64,000 nt of DNA from an uncultured Alphaproteobacteria bacterium (GCA_963720425.1 OY970391.1:2459557-2523556), one strand, 5' to 3'; positions 38,149 to 48,076 are shown, numbered from the stretch's first letter. The notes: generated from the letters alone by a model not told the origin. Numbers and translations: made by a program.

Positions 38149-39267
38149 ATGATGCCGAAGACGCCATCCGTCAAATCCTCCGAATTATCGCTGATGAGCG
38201 TGCCGGCGTTCTGGCCAATGGCAATGGCGACGGCGCTGCTCGAGGAAGGAACCGAGCTTTATGCGAAGAACCTCAAATTCGTCGATGAAGAGATCAAGAT
38301 TCACGACGAGCTGAGGCCGAAGCTCGCAACGCCAAACCAAGCCCGGCTCGATCTGCGGATCATGGTCCTACGCGACTATGGAAAGCCCGGCGGGATCCCT
38401 ACGCTCGTCGACGCGCCGCATGCGGGCCACACGGCTATGATCGCAGACTACCACAAGGGCCAGAGCCTGATCGAGACGCTTCTCGCCAATGGCATCGCGC
38501 ATGTCGCCTTGACCGATTGGAAGTCGGCGACCGACGACATGAAGGATCTTGAGATCGACAATTACCTCGCCGAGATCGTTGTGGCGATCGACGATCTCGG
38601 CGGCCGCGTCAATCTCGTAGGGCTGTGCCAGGGCGGCTGGGTCTCGGCGATGGTCGCAGCGCGTTTCCCTAACAAGGTAAATTCGCTCGTGCTCGCTGGT
38701 GCGCCTATCGACACGGATGCCGGCAACGGGCCGATCAAGCGCATGGCCCATGACTCCCCAATGTCCTTCTACGAGGAACTCGTTGAAATGGGCGGCGGCC
38801 TCATGAAGGGCAAATTCATGCTGCAGGGTTGGAAAAATATGCACCCTGAGCAGCATTACATTCAGGACCAGATCGATCTCTACGAGAACATCGATGACCC
38901 CGCCTATCTGAAAAAGGAGGAGACGTTCAACAGCTGGTACGAAAACCCGATCGACCTGCCGGGGCGTTGGTATCTTCAGGTGATCAAACAGCTCTTCAAG
39001 GAGAACAGGCTCGCCAAGGGTAAGTTCATTGGGCTTGGTCGTACCCTCAATCTCCGCAACATCACGTGTCCGACCTATTTACTGGCCGGCGCATCCGACG
39101 ATATTACGACGCCGGAGCAAGTCCTCGACGCCGCTAAATACCTCGGCACGCCCAAAGCCAAGATCGTTCAGAAGACCGTGCCTGGCGGCCATATCGGCCT
39201 GTTCATGGGAGCCCGCACGCTCAAGGAGCACTGGCCGGAAATTGCTCAGTGGATAGCCGCCCAGTAG
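38149..39267 (+). CDS. alpha/beta hydrolase with Cys box, intracellular PHB depolymerase / class III PHA synthase-like
   Basis: 372 aa; DAPHAGHTAMIADY..VALTDWKSA..LVGLCQGGWVSAM; GAAAGGA RBS. Confidence 0.55.
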   Translation: MMPKTPSVKSSELSLMSVPAFWPMAMATALLEEGTELYAKNLKFVDEEIKIHDELRPKLATPNQARLDLRIMVLRDYGKPGGIPTLVDAPHAGHTAMIADYHKGQSLIETLLANGIAHVALTDWKSATDDMKDLEIDNYLAEIVVAIDDLGGRVNLVGLCQGGWVSAMVAARFPNKVNSLVLAGAPIDTDAGNGPIKRMAHDSPMSFYEELVEMGGGLMKGKFMLQGWKNMHPEQHYIQDQIDLYENIDDPAYLKKEETFNSWYENPIDLPGRWYLQVIKQLFKENRLAKGKFIGLGRTLNLRNITCPTYLLAGASDDITTPEQVLDAAKYLGTPKAKIVQKTVPGGHIGLFMGARTLKEHWPEIAQWIAAQ

Positions 39268-39437
39268 GGCTGTCATCCCGGCAAGGCTCTGCTCGTGCGC
39301 CGCACTGTTCACTGCGGCCCGCAAAGCGGCTAAGCCGCAAAGGCATCATCGCGTTAGGGTTTGCTGACCTTGAAGTCTGGCCCTTATTGTCAACCATGAC
39401 CAAGATAGGTCGGTTACCGCCTTCGCGCAATTTTCGC

Positions 39438-41366
39438 TCAGCTCGCCGTCGGATACATTCGGATGCTGCTGGCGACGGAGTCGGCGACGTGCTCTTTGGT
39501 TATCACGCCGGTGATGTTCTCCGGACGCGGCACGCCGCGGCCGCGCACAACGAGCGCCATCACAGCCTTTTTGTTCCAGATGCGCCGGATGACGTCGAAG
39601 ACGATGTCGTCCTCACGCACGATGGTGAAGTTGTGGCTGACGATCTCGCGCAGGGCGACGCTCGAGTGCGCTCCCTCTGAAGCATGCCTTAGCGCTGTAT
39701 TGATGCGCAGCACGCCCAGGATGTGATTGTTCTCGGTGACGGCGACATAACGTATCTGGCCGTCGTTGTCCGGTTGGGAGAGCAAGGCATTGAAACTCAT
39801 CTCGGCCGGCGCGAGCACCACGTCCGTATCCATTACCTCCTTGGCGCGGCGGACCAGGAACATGTTCGCATGCAATGCCTTGGGTATGACGTGCCCGCGG
39901 CGGAAAAGTTTCAGCGTATAGATATTCTCGGCCGACAAAAGGCGACGGACCCCGACGCTCAGCGCGACCGCCACAATCATCGGCATGACGATCTCGTATT
40001 GACGCGTCATCTCGAAGATCATCGTAACGGCGGTCATCACCGCCCCCGTGCTGCCGCCCACCATTGCTCCCATGCCGACCATGGCAAAGGACGGGATATT
40101 GATGTCGAGCGGCAGATGCAGCGCGGAGAAGAGGGCGGCAAAGGTGCCCCCGATCGTCGCGCCCATGAACAGGGAGGGCGAAAATATCCCGCCCGATGCG
40201 CCCGAGCCGAGACTAACGGAGGTCGCCAGTATCTTACAGAGAAAGAGCAAGAGCAACAAACCCACTGCGGACAATTGGCCGAGCAGAATCGCCTGTACCG
40301 TGGCGTAGCCGACGCCTGAGACGTAGTAGCGCCCGAAGCGCCAGTGCAGAACGTAGATCAAGACCCCCACCAGCAGCATGCCCAGCACATGCCGCGTGTA
40401 TGGTTCTTTGATCCTGGCGAAAATATCTTCTGCGGCATGCAGGCCGCGGACGAATCCCGCGGCTGCGATCCCGGTGAGGACGCCGAGCAACGCATAGAGA
40501 CAGAGCGTGATTGCCGAGGTGGCATCGACGCTCATGGGGGATAGCGGTGGGACCGCGAAAGCGGGCTGCGGGCCGAAGAAGAAGCGACCGATGAAGGTCG
40601 CCGCTCCGGTCGAGATCGCTACTGGCAAGAAAGTCAGCACGCTGACCTCGGGCATCATCAGCTCGATGGCGAACATGACCCCACCGATCGGCGTATTGAA
40701 GGTTGCCGCAATGCCGGCTCCGGCTCCGGCAGCAACGAGAACGATCCGCTGTCCGGCAGGCATTCGCACGATCTGACCCAAGGTAGAGCCGAGACCCGAT
40801 CCGATCTGGATGATCGGCCCCTCGCGTCCCACCGCAGCGCCGCTGCCGATCGAGATTGCTGAGGCCAGAGATTTCACGACCGCGACGACGGGCCGGATCA
40901 CGCCTCCCTTATAATAGATTGCATCCATGACCTCTGGCACGCCGTGACCCCGGGCCTCCGGCGCGAAGTTCTTGACGAGAAAGGTCACGGCAATCGCGCC
41001 GAGCACCGGCACAAAGATCACCAATGCTCCCCAGGGACTAGGCGGCGTGAAGATGTTGGCGTCGTAATGCACCGCGAATTTACCGAGGAATAGAGCGTTG
41101 TGGATGAGGCCAATGAGGTCGCGGAAGCCCACCGCGCCGAAGCCGGTCACGATGCCGACGATGAATGCCAGAATCGCTAGATAGACCTGCAGAATGGGTC
41201 GGATATCGTCGTCGACCATATCGGCAGGTGGAGTGCTCGCTTTCTGTGACGCTGCAAGACTTTGAATAGCCGAGGGGGGCAGCAAAGTCGGGCTTGGGTC
41301 ACGCGCCATCGCGTTTTCTTTCGTAAGATCGCGAGATTGATCATTTGGCCGGGGAGTGCCGTTCAT
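39438..41366 (-). CDS. ClC chloride channel/antiporter with C-terminal CBS pair
   Basis: GREGP, GSGASGGIFSPSLFMG motifs; about 10 TM segments; CBS-like C-terminus. Confidence 0.9.
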   Translation of the reverse strand: MNGTPRPNDQSRDLTKENAMARDPSPTLLPPSAIQSLAASQKASTPPADMVDDDIRPILQVYLAILAFIVGIVTGFGAVGFRDLIGLIHNALFLGKFAVHYDANIFTPPSPWGALVIFVPVLGAIAVTFLVKNFAPEARGHGVPEVMDAIYYKGGVIRPVVAVVKSLASAISIGSGAAVGREGPIIQIGSGLGSTLGQIVRMPAGQRIVLVAAGAGAGIAATFNTPIGGVMFAIELMMPEVSVLTFLPVAISTGAATFIGRFFFGPQPAFAVPPLSPMSVDATSAITLCLYALLGVLTGIAAAGFVRGLHAAEDIFARIKEPYTRHVLGMLLVGVLIYVLHWRFGRYYVSGVGYATVQAILLGQLSAVGLLLLLFLCKILATSVSLGSGASGGIFSPSLFMGATIGGTFAALFSALHLPLDINIPSFAMVGMGAMVGGSTGAVMTAVTMIFEMTRQYEIVMPMIVAVALSVGVRRLLSAENIYTLKLFRRGHVIPKALHANMFLVRRAKEVMDTDVVLAPAEMSFNALLSQPDNDGQIRYVAVTENNHILGVLRINTALRHASEGAHSSVALREIVSHNFTIVREDDIVFDVIRRIWNKKAVMALVVRGRGVPRPENITGVITKEHVADSVASSIRMYPTAS

Positions 41367-41683
41367 ACAATAACGGCTAAGTTATTTCATCCAATGCATA
41401 TTAAAGCATGTCGCGACTGTCAAAAACAAAGCCGTGCTCGCCGCGAACGCATTGGCGAGGAAATCAAAGCGATTCCGAAGGCGAGCGGTGGGCAAGCTCG
41501 TGCCGTCGAGAAATTCGAGATCGAGCACGGCGTCGTCGCGCATCGCATCGTGGATGAATTGCTCGGCGACGTCGAGGCGGCGCACGGGCTGCCGCGGCTT
41601 TGGCGTTTCGGTGCCGACGTTGGCCGCCGATGCTCCACCAACGTGCGGCTTTGTCGCGTGTATATCAAGCAGTTCCCATTGGC

Positions 41684-41697
41684 TTGATCAATGTCAA
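41684..41697. promoter_or_regulatory. FNR/FixK-type box TTGATCAATGTCAA
   Basis: Perfect TTGA-N6-TCAA, 71 bp upstream of the BON gene ATG. Confidence 0.5.
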
Positions 41698-41767
41698 GGC
41701 AGTTAACGCGTGAGATGGCCATTGTTAATAGTATCGTATAGACGCTCCCGATACTTTGGAGGGTCCT

Positions 41768-42418
41768 ATGTCTCAGGACAGTCAGCTGCAAAAAGCCGTT
41801 CTCGAAGAATTAAGCTGGGAGCCTAGTGTGAACGCCGCTCATATCGGCGTCGCTGCGAAGGACGGCGTCGTGACTCTCACAGGTCACGTCGAAAGCTTCG
41901 CGGAGAAAAGAGCGGCCGAGGCGGCAACGCGCCGAGTAAAAGCTGTCAAGGCAGTGGCCGAGGAAATCGAAGTACGGCTGCCGTTCGAGACCAAGCGCGG
42001 CGACGATGAAATAGCCCGCGCTGCCGTCGAGCGTCTCGCCTGGGACGTCTCCATTCCGCGCGACGCGATCAAGATCAAAGTCGAGAACGGCTGGGTCACT
42101 TTGACCGGCGAGGTCGACTGGTATTACCAGAAAAATGCGGCCGACCAGGATATGCGTCGGCTGTTTGGCGTCGTCGGCGTGACCAACCAGATTACGATCA
42201 AGCCAAGAGTGAACGTATCGAATATCATGAGTGATATCATACTTGCTCTGCACCGCTCATGGTTATTCGATCCGAAGACAATCAGGGTGAGTGCGCAGGG
42301 CGGAAAAGTCTGGCTCACCGGAACTGTTCACTCGCCGCATGATCGGCAAGTGGCAGCGAGGACCGCCTGGGCTGCGCCCGGTGTAACTGACGTCGAGAAC
42401 GACATCAATATCATTTGA
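41768..42418 (+). CDS. BON-domain (OsmY-like) protein
   Basis: Repeated GVVTLTGHVESFAEKRAAE / GWVTLTGEV / GKVWLTGTV BON units; GGAGGG RBS. Confidence 0.8.
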   Translation: MSQDSQLQKAVLEELSWEPSVNAAHIGVAAKDGVVTLTGHVESFAEKRAAEAATRRVKAVKAVAEEIEVRLPFETKRGDDEIARAAVERLAWDVSIPRDAIKIKVENGWVTLTGEVDWYYQKNAADQDMRRLFGVVGVTNQITIKPRVNVSNIMSDIILALHRSWLFDPKTIRVSAQGGKVWLTGTVHSPHDRQVAARTAWAAPGVTDVENDINII

Positions 42419-42715
42419 CCTCAAAGGGGTGTGTCCGCCGGGCTGATGATGAGCAATGAGGCTCGATCGGCGCATCCATATTGCAATTGGGGGTCGGCGA
42501 ACTGGCCTTTGTTGAAAGTGTCCTTACAAGTTCCGCGCGTTGCGCTTCGGGACAAATTTCAATCTCACTTTTTCTTGACCGACGATTTCGGTAACGTGGC
42601 CTCTCTGGCCACCGAAGAGCTTGGCAGGACTGGCACCGTCAGTCTGTCGCGCCGGCCGTATTCGAACGGTCCCGCCGCGTGTCGCAATGCCCCTCCTTCG
42701 AAAGGAATAATCGCT

Positions 42716-42925
42716 ATGAACATTAGGACCAAGATCAGCGCCGCCTCGATGGCTGCCGCGTTTGCGCTCATCCTCGCATCCGGCGCCGACGCCGCCACCC
42801 ATCATATGAAGTCGGCTCATCAGACCATCACCGCTATGGGCCGTACGACGGCCACCCTGAACGACGGCACCAAGCGCGGCGTCGAATCTGACCCTCTCCG
42901 CCAGCAGATTTTCAGGGTGATGTGA
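42716..42925 (+). CDS. small secreted protein
   Basis: 69 aa, AAAGGAA RBS, signal peptide ..ILASGADA. Confidence 0.45.
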   Translation: MNIRTKISAASMAAAFALILASGADAATHHMKSAHQTITAMGRTTATLNDGTKRGVESDPLRQQIFRVM

Positions 42926-42967
42926 CCCTCAGCGTGCTTCGTCGTGCACGCATGATTAACGGTACTC

Positions 42968-43022
42968 GAAAAACGCGCGGACGCTCCCGTCCTTGACGGT
43001 GCAAAGCGTTCGCGCGTTTTTC
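42968..43022. terminator. hairpin GAAAAACGCGCG..CGCGCGTTTTTC (bidirectional terminator-like)
   Basis: 12-bp arms at 42968-42979 and 43011-43022; T-run on the + strand, A-run mirrored. Confidence 0.45.
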
Positions 43023-43470
43023 TGCCTGGGCAGATCATGAGTAGGGCAAACATAAGGAGGATTTTTATGAGCAAATTTATTAAAGCCGCAGCCTTATCTG
43101 CAGAGGCGGGCGCCCAATACCCCGGATAGCTATCAACTGACAGAATCACCCAGCCAAACTAGGGATCGCCGCGCGGCTTGTTGACCACGAGGATCGCTAG
43201 CGCTTAGCCCTCGTTGTCGCGTCCGATAAGCGGTACGCCCTACGACAAACGTCCGCTTCGGGTCAACTCGCGTCATAAGACGCTCGCTGGCGGAACAAGC
43301 AAGAGAAGACGATCGACACCAGGAGCGGCGTTTTGAGTACGCGCCCTAGTAATCCGAATTATCGACCCGCGCCCATGGGCCAGCACATCTTCGGTGTCCC
43401 AGCGCGTTTTCGCGGCCTCGCGAGCTGCCGAGACCTCATTGCGGTTTCTTCCTTGTCTTGCTGCCCAACC

Positions 43471-43503
43471 TATCCATGGGTCTATTTTGGTCTATTATAG
43501 ACC
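43471..43503. repeat. half-site plus palindrome TATCCATGGGTCTATTTTGGTCTATTATAGACC
   Basis: GGTCTA-N3-TAGACC at 43489-43503; about 50 bp including the upstream flank resembles 3880-3924. Confidence 0.55.
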
Positions 43504-43807
43504 GGCCTTCAAAACGACCGGGGCGCGAATTCCTAGTTGCCTGATTCGCAAAAAGCTGGCCGTTTTCGAAGCTGATGTGCGTCAACCCTCTTCCCCTGAC
43601 AGGAACATCGAGTTCGCCTATTTGCACTCGGATTGGTAGGCCGATACGGCCGACTTGAAATCGGTTTGTGCCGATTGCACTGACAAAAACTCCGAGGAGC
43701 AGTCGCCGTTGCCGTTACTATGCGAAACACAAAGCTTATACCACCACCTCAGTGGTTCGATGACGTCGGCGTGCCGTCCACCCCATCACCGTAACGCCGT
43801 AACGCCG

Positions 43808-44290
43808 TCAACTCTGATGTCCGCCCGGCAGCGGCACGAAGGGAATGACCGCGCCGCCGAAAATGTCTGACCGCGTCACCCTGAAGGCGCCGTTGGCGCC
43901 GATTGTCTTGACCGCTTTCAGGATATGCTGCGCGTCCGCAGCGAGCGAGAATGTGGTCCCCTCCTCATCACCCCTTGCCAAGGCTTTCATGGCGCGCAAC
44001 AGCGTCGCAATCTCGCGGTTGGCAATCGCTTCGGCCGTGTAGCGGCCGCCGCTTAAGCCCTATCTATTTCTTATCTATTTTAGATATTCGTTGGGCTCCC
44101 TGATTGCGAGGTGCGGCGCCCGGGTGAGCCTTTCCGCGCTCATCTGCACATAGCCGCCGTTCACGTCACTGCCAAGTGAATGATTGACCAGCTTCTGATC
44201 GGTATTGTCGGAGTCACTAAAGAATGGGAACGGCGTCGTAAGGTAGGGCGGAGATTCATGAGTTTCGCAGGCGATAGGCGATAATGGAGG
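43808..44290 (-). pseudogene. two non-contiguous tyrosine-recombinase-like fragments (second, decayed integrase)
   Basis: 44075-44290: DQKLVNHSLGSDVNGGYVQMSAERL.. aligns with IEKILNHTGGSFRGVVGIYQRHSFADEKR of the intact int; 43808-44042: FSLAADAQHILKAVKTIGANGAFRVTRSD resembles the VPLSDAVVAIL..VFTSRGD region. Confidence 0.4.
44047..44124. repeat. 78-bp repeat (77/78 identical to 47231-47308) containing palindrome TATCTATTTTAGATA
   Basis: Direct comparison of the two stretches; palindromes at 44072-44086 and 47256-47270. Confidence 0.9.
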
Positions 44291-44401
44291 CGCACACCAT
44301 GATTAGCCGTTAAAGCGGAGTCGATGCCGACCGCAATCGGATTTCCTAAAGGCTCGGCATCTATCGGTTACCAAGCGCGACATCAAAAGGAGCCGTCCCG
44401 T

Positions 44402-45430
44402 TTAGGTCCGAATTCCAACTGATCGGAGCATGACGGCATCGTCCTCCGGGATTGATGGGTTAATCGCTGTCCCCGCACCAAGTTCAAACCCGCCCCACGT
44501 CGCCAAATCAGGCGCGATCCTTAGTCGCCAATGCAGATATGGGGACTGAAGCTGCATCCGATCGGCGGAATCAATAACAAAATTGTAAGGAGGATCGCCC
44601 CGCGCACATTTCAGTCGGCCTAACGTCCGGCGTAAGAGCCAAGCAAACTCGGCAAGTTGGGAGTCGTGCATGTAAAGGAATGAGGCCTGATGCTCTTTCG
44701 GAACGATCCAAATTTCATATGGATGCTCGGCGGCGAACGGGACTAACACCAAGAAACATTGTGTGTCTTCGACGATACGCGAATTGAGTTCTCGTTCGAT
44801 CGCAATTTCGTGGCAGGTCGGGCAGCAACCGTAATCGTGGTAATAGCGATCGCCGTGCTGCGCCAAAAGGCTAAGCATAGGTGGGACGAACCCGAGTGCG
44901 AGAACCTGGGCGTGTGGATGTGCCAGCGAGGCGCCCCCCTTTCCGGCCGTATTGCGAAACAACACGACCGCCTCTATTCCGTGCTGCTCCATAAGATGCC
45001 TAATTCGATCGTGATACGTGGAAACGACCGCTTCGATCTCGGCGTCGGTCATGGAGATCAGATCGGCGTCATGCCGCGGACTCTCGATTATCACTTCATG
45101 AAAGCCATATCCCGCAGCCACGCAGTGCCGGTTGGCATTCTTGATCTTGTGATCCGGCTGCAAAGCAGGAAACTTGTTTGGGACCACGCGCACAATCCAA
45201 CCTGGCGGGGAATCGAACGGAACCTCTGCAATGATTCCAGGCAGAGAAACCTCGTGACCCGGGCAGAATGGGCAATCAGCAGCAAATTGCCGCGTCCGTA
45301 CGCTTGCCGTAGATGATTGCTTGACGAGTCGCGATGCGCCAAGGCGATATCCTCGCTCCGGCGCGATTATGACCCAGCGCCCCGAAGTCCGATCCTGCCG
45401 CAGCTCACTCACAAGCCGCCTCGGCAACAA
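44402..45430 (-). CDS. galactose-1-phosphate uridylyltransferase-family (GalT/HIT class) nucleotidyl transferase
   Basis: CPFCPGHE, FHEVIIESPRHD, HPHAQV motifs; TTG start. Confidence 0.7.
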   Translation of the reverse strand: MLPRRLVSELRQDRTSGRWVIIAPERGYRLGASRLVKQSSTASVRTRQFAADCPFCPGHEVSLPGIIAEVPFDSPPGWIVRVVPNKFPALQPDHKIKNANRHCVAAGYGFHEVIIESPRHDADLISMTDAEIEAVVSTYHDRIRHLMEQHGIEAVVLFRNTAGKGGASLAHPHAQVLALGFVPPMLSLLAQHGDRYYHDYGCCPTCHEIAIERELNSRIVEDTQCFLVLVPFAAEHPYEIWIVPKEHQASFLYMHDSQLAEFAWLLRRTLGRLKCARGDPPYNFVIDSADRMQLQSPYLHWRLRIAPDLATWGGFELGAGTAINPSIPEDDAVMLRSVGIRT

Positions 45431-45592
45431 TGATCCACACAGATGCTGCGGCTTCGATCGAAAGCGCTTTGACGAAATCCAGCATCGGAAACCACAGATC
45501 GGAAACTCTTTGTTCCTCCAACTGATTCCCGCACGGCCAAGATCTTTGAACCGAAGAACCTGCGGTAATTACATTTCTCACATCGGTTTGTC

Positions 45593-46849
45593 CTATGTTC
45601 CCTTCGCGCCCCTTAGCTTGAAATTCGCCTCGAACGAGCCGATGAGATCGAGCCAATCCTCCATCAGGCGCGTCATCAGGAACCGACGACGTACCGCCTC
45701 TTTGGCCTTTTCTCCCAGTCGTAACGCAAGCGAGCGGTCCCTGAGCAATGTCACGATCCGCTCGGCTGCCTCTTCAACACTGTTAACAAGGAAACCGCTT
45801 ACGCCGTCTTCGATTTGATGCGCTATTCCGCCGGCCCTGCCGCCAACGACGGCCGCTCCTTTCCACATCGCTTCGGTTACGGTGAGGCCGAAGCCTTCTC
45901 TGATCGACTTTTGCACCACGACGGCGGCCTTGCGCTGCAGCGCATTGACCAGCGCGGAATCCTGCACCGAAAGGATTCGAATCCGCCCCTCGGCGCGGTG
46001 GCACAGCGCGGCAAAAACGTCTTGACCCTCGGGGTCGTCGGTGGCGACGTTGCCGACCAGCACCAGCGTGCAGTCGATTTCTTTGCGTGCAATTTGGAAG
46101 GCGTCGATCACCCCCTGGGGATCCTTCCATTTGTCGAAGCGCGAAATCTGCACCACCAGCGGAAGATCGGTCGGGATGTTGTAATGGGTGAGCCGCTCGG
46201 TGATCTCGGCGTCGCCAAGATCTTTGTTGGTCGTTGAGAACGGATTGATCGCGGGAGCTATGAATCGCTGCGGCACGCTCAGCTTTTGCGCATAAGCGGG
46301 CAGCGACAACACTACCGCGTCGTATCTTTCGATCAGTGGCGTGAGGTATGACCACAAAGCGGAATTCGGATGCGACAGGTCGACGTGGCAACGCCAGACC
46401 CATGGCGCCTTCCTGCGATAATGGCAGATCAAGGGAAGCGGCTGCGGGTCATGCACAATAATCACATCATGATCGATGTGATTGCGCGCCGCGTTCTCGA
46501 AGGCCACCTCCTCGTAAATCTGCATTTTGAGATCGGTCAGGTTGATCTCGTCGCCTTGTAGAGCGTTATGCATTTTCTTGGTGATGCTGAAAAAGTCGGG
46601 TCGCCCCTGGACAATGCGCCAGCCAGTCTTGATGCCGGCGGAATTCATCAACAGTATCATCGACGAAAGAATCTCTGCTACGCCGCCGCCGTAATAGGTT
46701 GAGCTTATGTTGACGACATGCAGATCACTGAGTTGCCGCGCCTTTGACAATATTCTGTCGACGGTGCGAGCGCCGGCCAGCGATTCGTAATCAGAAATCG
46801 AACTCAATTTGAATCGAGCATCGTCTTCGCCGTACTCGGGCAAGGGCAT
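45593..46849 (-). CDS. treT: trehalose synthase TreT-like GT4 glycosyltransferase
   Basis: Collinear with recalled archaeal TreT: YYGGGVAEIL, FFSITKKMHNALQG, VHDPQP, WVWRCHVDLS, SRFDKWKDP, SIREGFGLTVTEAMWKG. Confidence 0.8.
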   Translation of the reverse strand: MPLPEYGEDDARFKLSSISDYESLAGARTVDRILSKARQLSDLHVVNISSTYYGGGVAEILSSMILLMNSAGIKTGWRIVQGRPDFFSITKKMHNALQGDEINLTDLKMQIYEEVAFENAARNHIDHDVIIVHDPQPLPLICHYRRKAPWVWRCHVDLSHPNSALWSYLTPLIERYDAVVLSLPAYAQKLSVPQRFIAPAINPFSTTNKDLGDAEITERLTHYNIPTDLPLVVQISRFDKWKDPQGVIDAFQIARKEIDCTLVLVGNVATDDPEGQDVFAALCHRAEGRIRILSVQDSALVNALQRKAAVVVQKSIREGFGLTVTEAMWKGAAVVGGRAGGIAHQIEDGVSGFLVNSVEEAAERIVTLLRDRSLALRLGEKAKEAVRRRFLMTRLMEDWLDLIGSFEANFKLRGAKGT

Positions 46850-47023
46850 CGACTCTCTCCAAGCCTTAGCGACTTCAATCGCTGGCAGCCGCTCGACGAT
46901 AATCTATATGGTACCCGCTCACAAGAATGGCACCTTGACGTCGCATGGATCAAGCGTGGTGTCTGTCTGGGGCGGCATCGCCGCGTCATGCCGTGCATGC
47001 GGCGCCGTTCCCTTGCCTTCTCG

Positions 47024-47579
47024 GCCGGTCGATGTCTGTTTCGCCCCGAAAGCGGACTTGCGGCCGGGCCGGAGCAAGACCAGACCGTATTGAGATTGGT
47101 CATAGCCCCGCGAGATTGTAGACACTGAATCTCATACATAGCGGACTTAAGGGGGCTGCCACTCTCTCGATTATGCAGCTGTCTGCTTTGGCTTTGTCGC
47201 TGGTACCGAACGAGCCGCGCTTCCTGTTCTCGCCGCTTAAGCCCTATCTATTTCTTATCTATTTTAGATATTCGTTGGGCTCCCTGATTGCGAGGTGCCG
47301 CGCCCGGGCGATTCTTCTGCAGCTCAGCCGGCAGTTGATGTTCATCTTCCGGCGTCCACGGATCTGGCACGTCGTTGCCCCAGTTCATTGCGATCCAGTT
47401 CTCGCGAGTCACTTCGGTGGCGTGACCGGTCTTGACCGCCTGGCCGTCGCCGCTCGCCGCATGATTCGGCAGATGCAACGTCGCACGCGGCGCAAAGCCG
47501 GAGCGGTTAGCTCAGATCTTAGAACCAATCGCCATTTGTCGAGAGACCAACAATGTCGCCTGTGGACATTTTTTGCCGC
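47024..47579. repeat. direct repeat copy A (150 bp + 217-bp extra segment + 189 bp)
   Basis: 47024-47173 = 54881-55030 and 47391-47579 = 55031-55217, near identical; 47174-47390 is present only here. Confidence 0.9.
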
Positions 47580-47599
47580 AACGCATTGGCCGTCGCATG

Positions 47600-47815
47600 C
47601 GGCAGATCGAAAATCGGGCATGACGTTCACGGCCCGGCCGCCGCAGCGCGTGCAGACGAAGCGCCGCTGCGCAATCGACGGGAACTGCACATCATCGGCG
47701 AGCCTGAGCGCCGCGAACGTGAAGGGCTTCGAATGCTAGGCAAGCCGCGTTCGTGCATGTGACGAACAGGCCTTCGAGGGCTTCAGTAATCACCTCAGCC
47801 GCCCACGGGCGTCAT
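47600..47815 (-). pseudogene. Zn-ribbon ORF family member with several lesions
   Basis: LEGLFVTCTNAACL / HSKPFTFAALRLADDVQFPSIAQRRFVCTRCGGRAVNVMPDF; an extra nt near 47737. Confidence 0.5.
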
Positions 47816-48076
47816 AAAGCCGACTTTGTTCTCATGTATCGATTCTGTGGCCAAAACATCGGGAGGATGATCACAATGGCAGCAGCGACAACGCCGCGAT
47901 GGAGCACAACAGTTTCGCCGACAAGCTACCACACATAACCCGTACGCCCCCAATATTCGCTTACACTGAAGGCAAACTACTCTGTATGCGGCGGCGTGAC
48001 ATCTTGTTTCCCCCAATTTCGAGGTAGCCTCGCGCCCGCAATCCGCGGCAGAGCGCGTGAACCACGAGGGTTGGCA

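Noticed and set aside
44360-44375. GGTTACC near the integrase relic as an internal att/arm site of a second element
   Set aside because: It is a single heptamer. Several occurrences are expected by chance in the window, and no copy of the CGCTGATGGACGAA core lies nearby.
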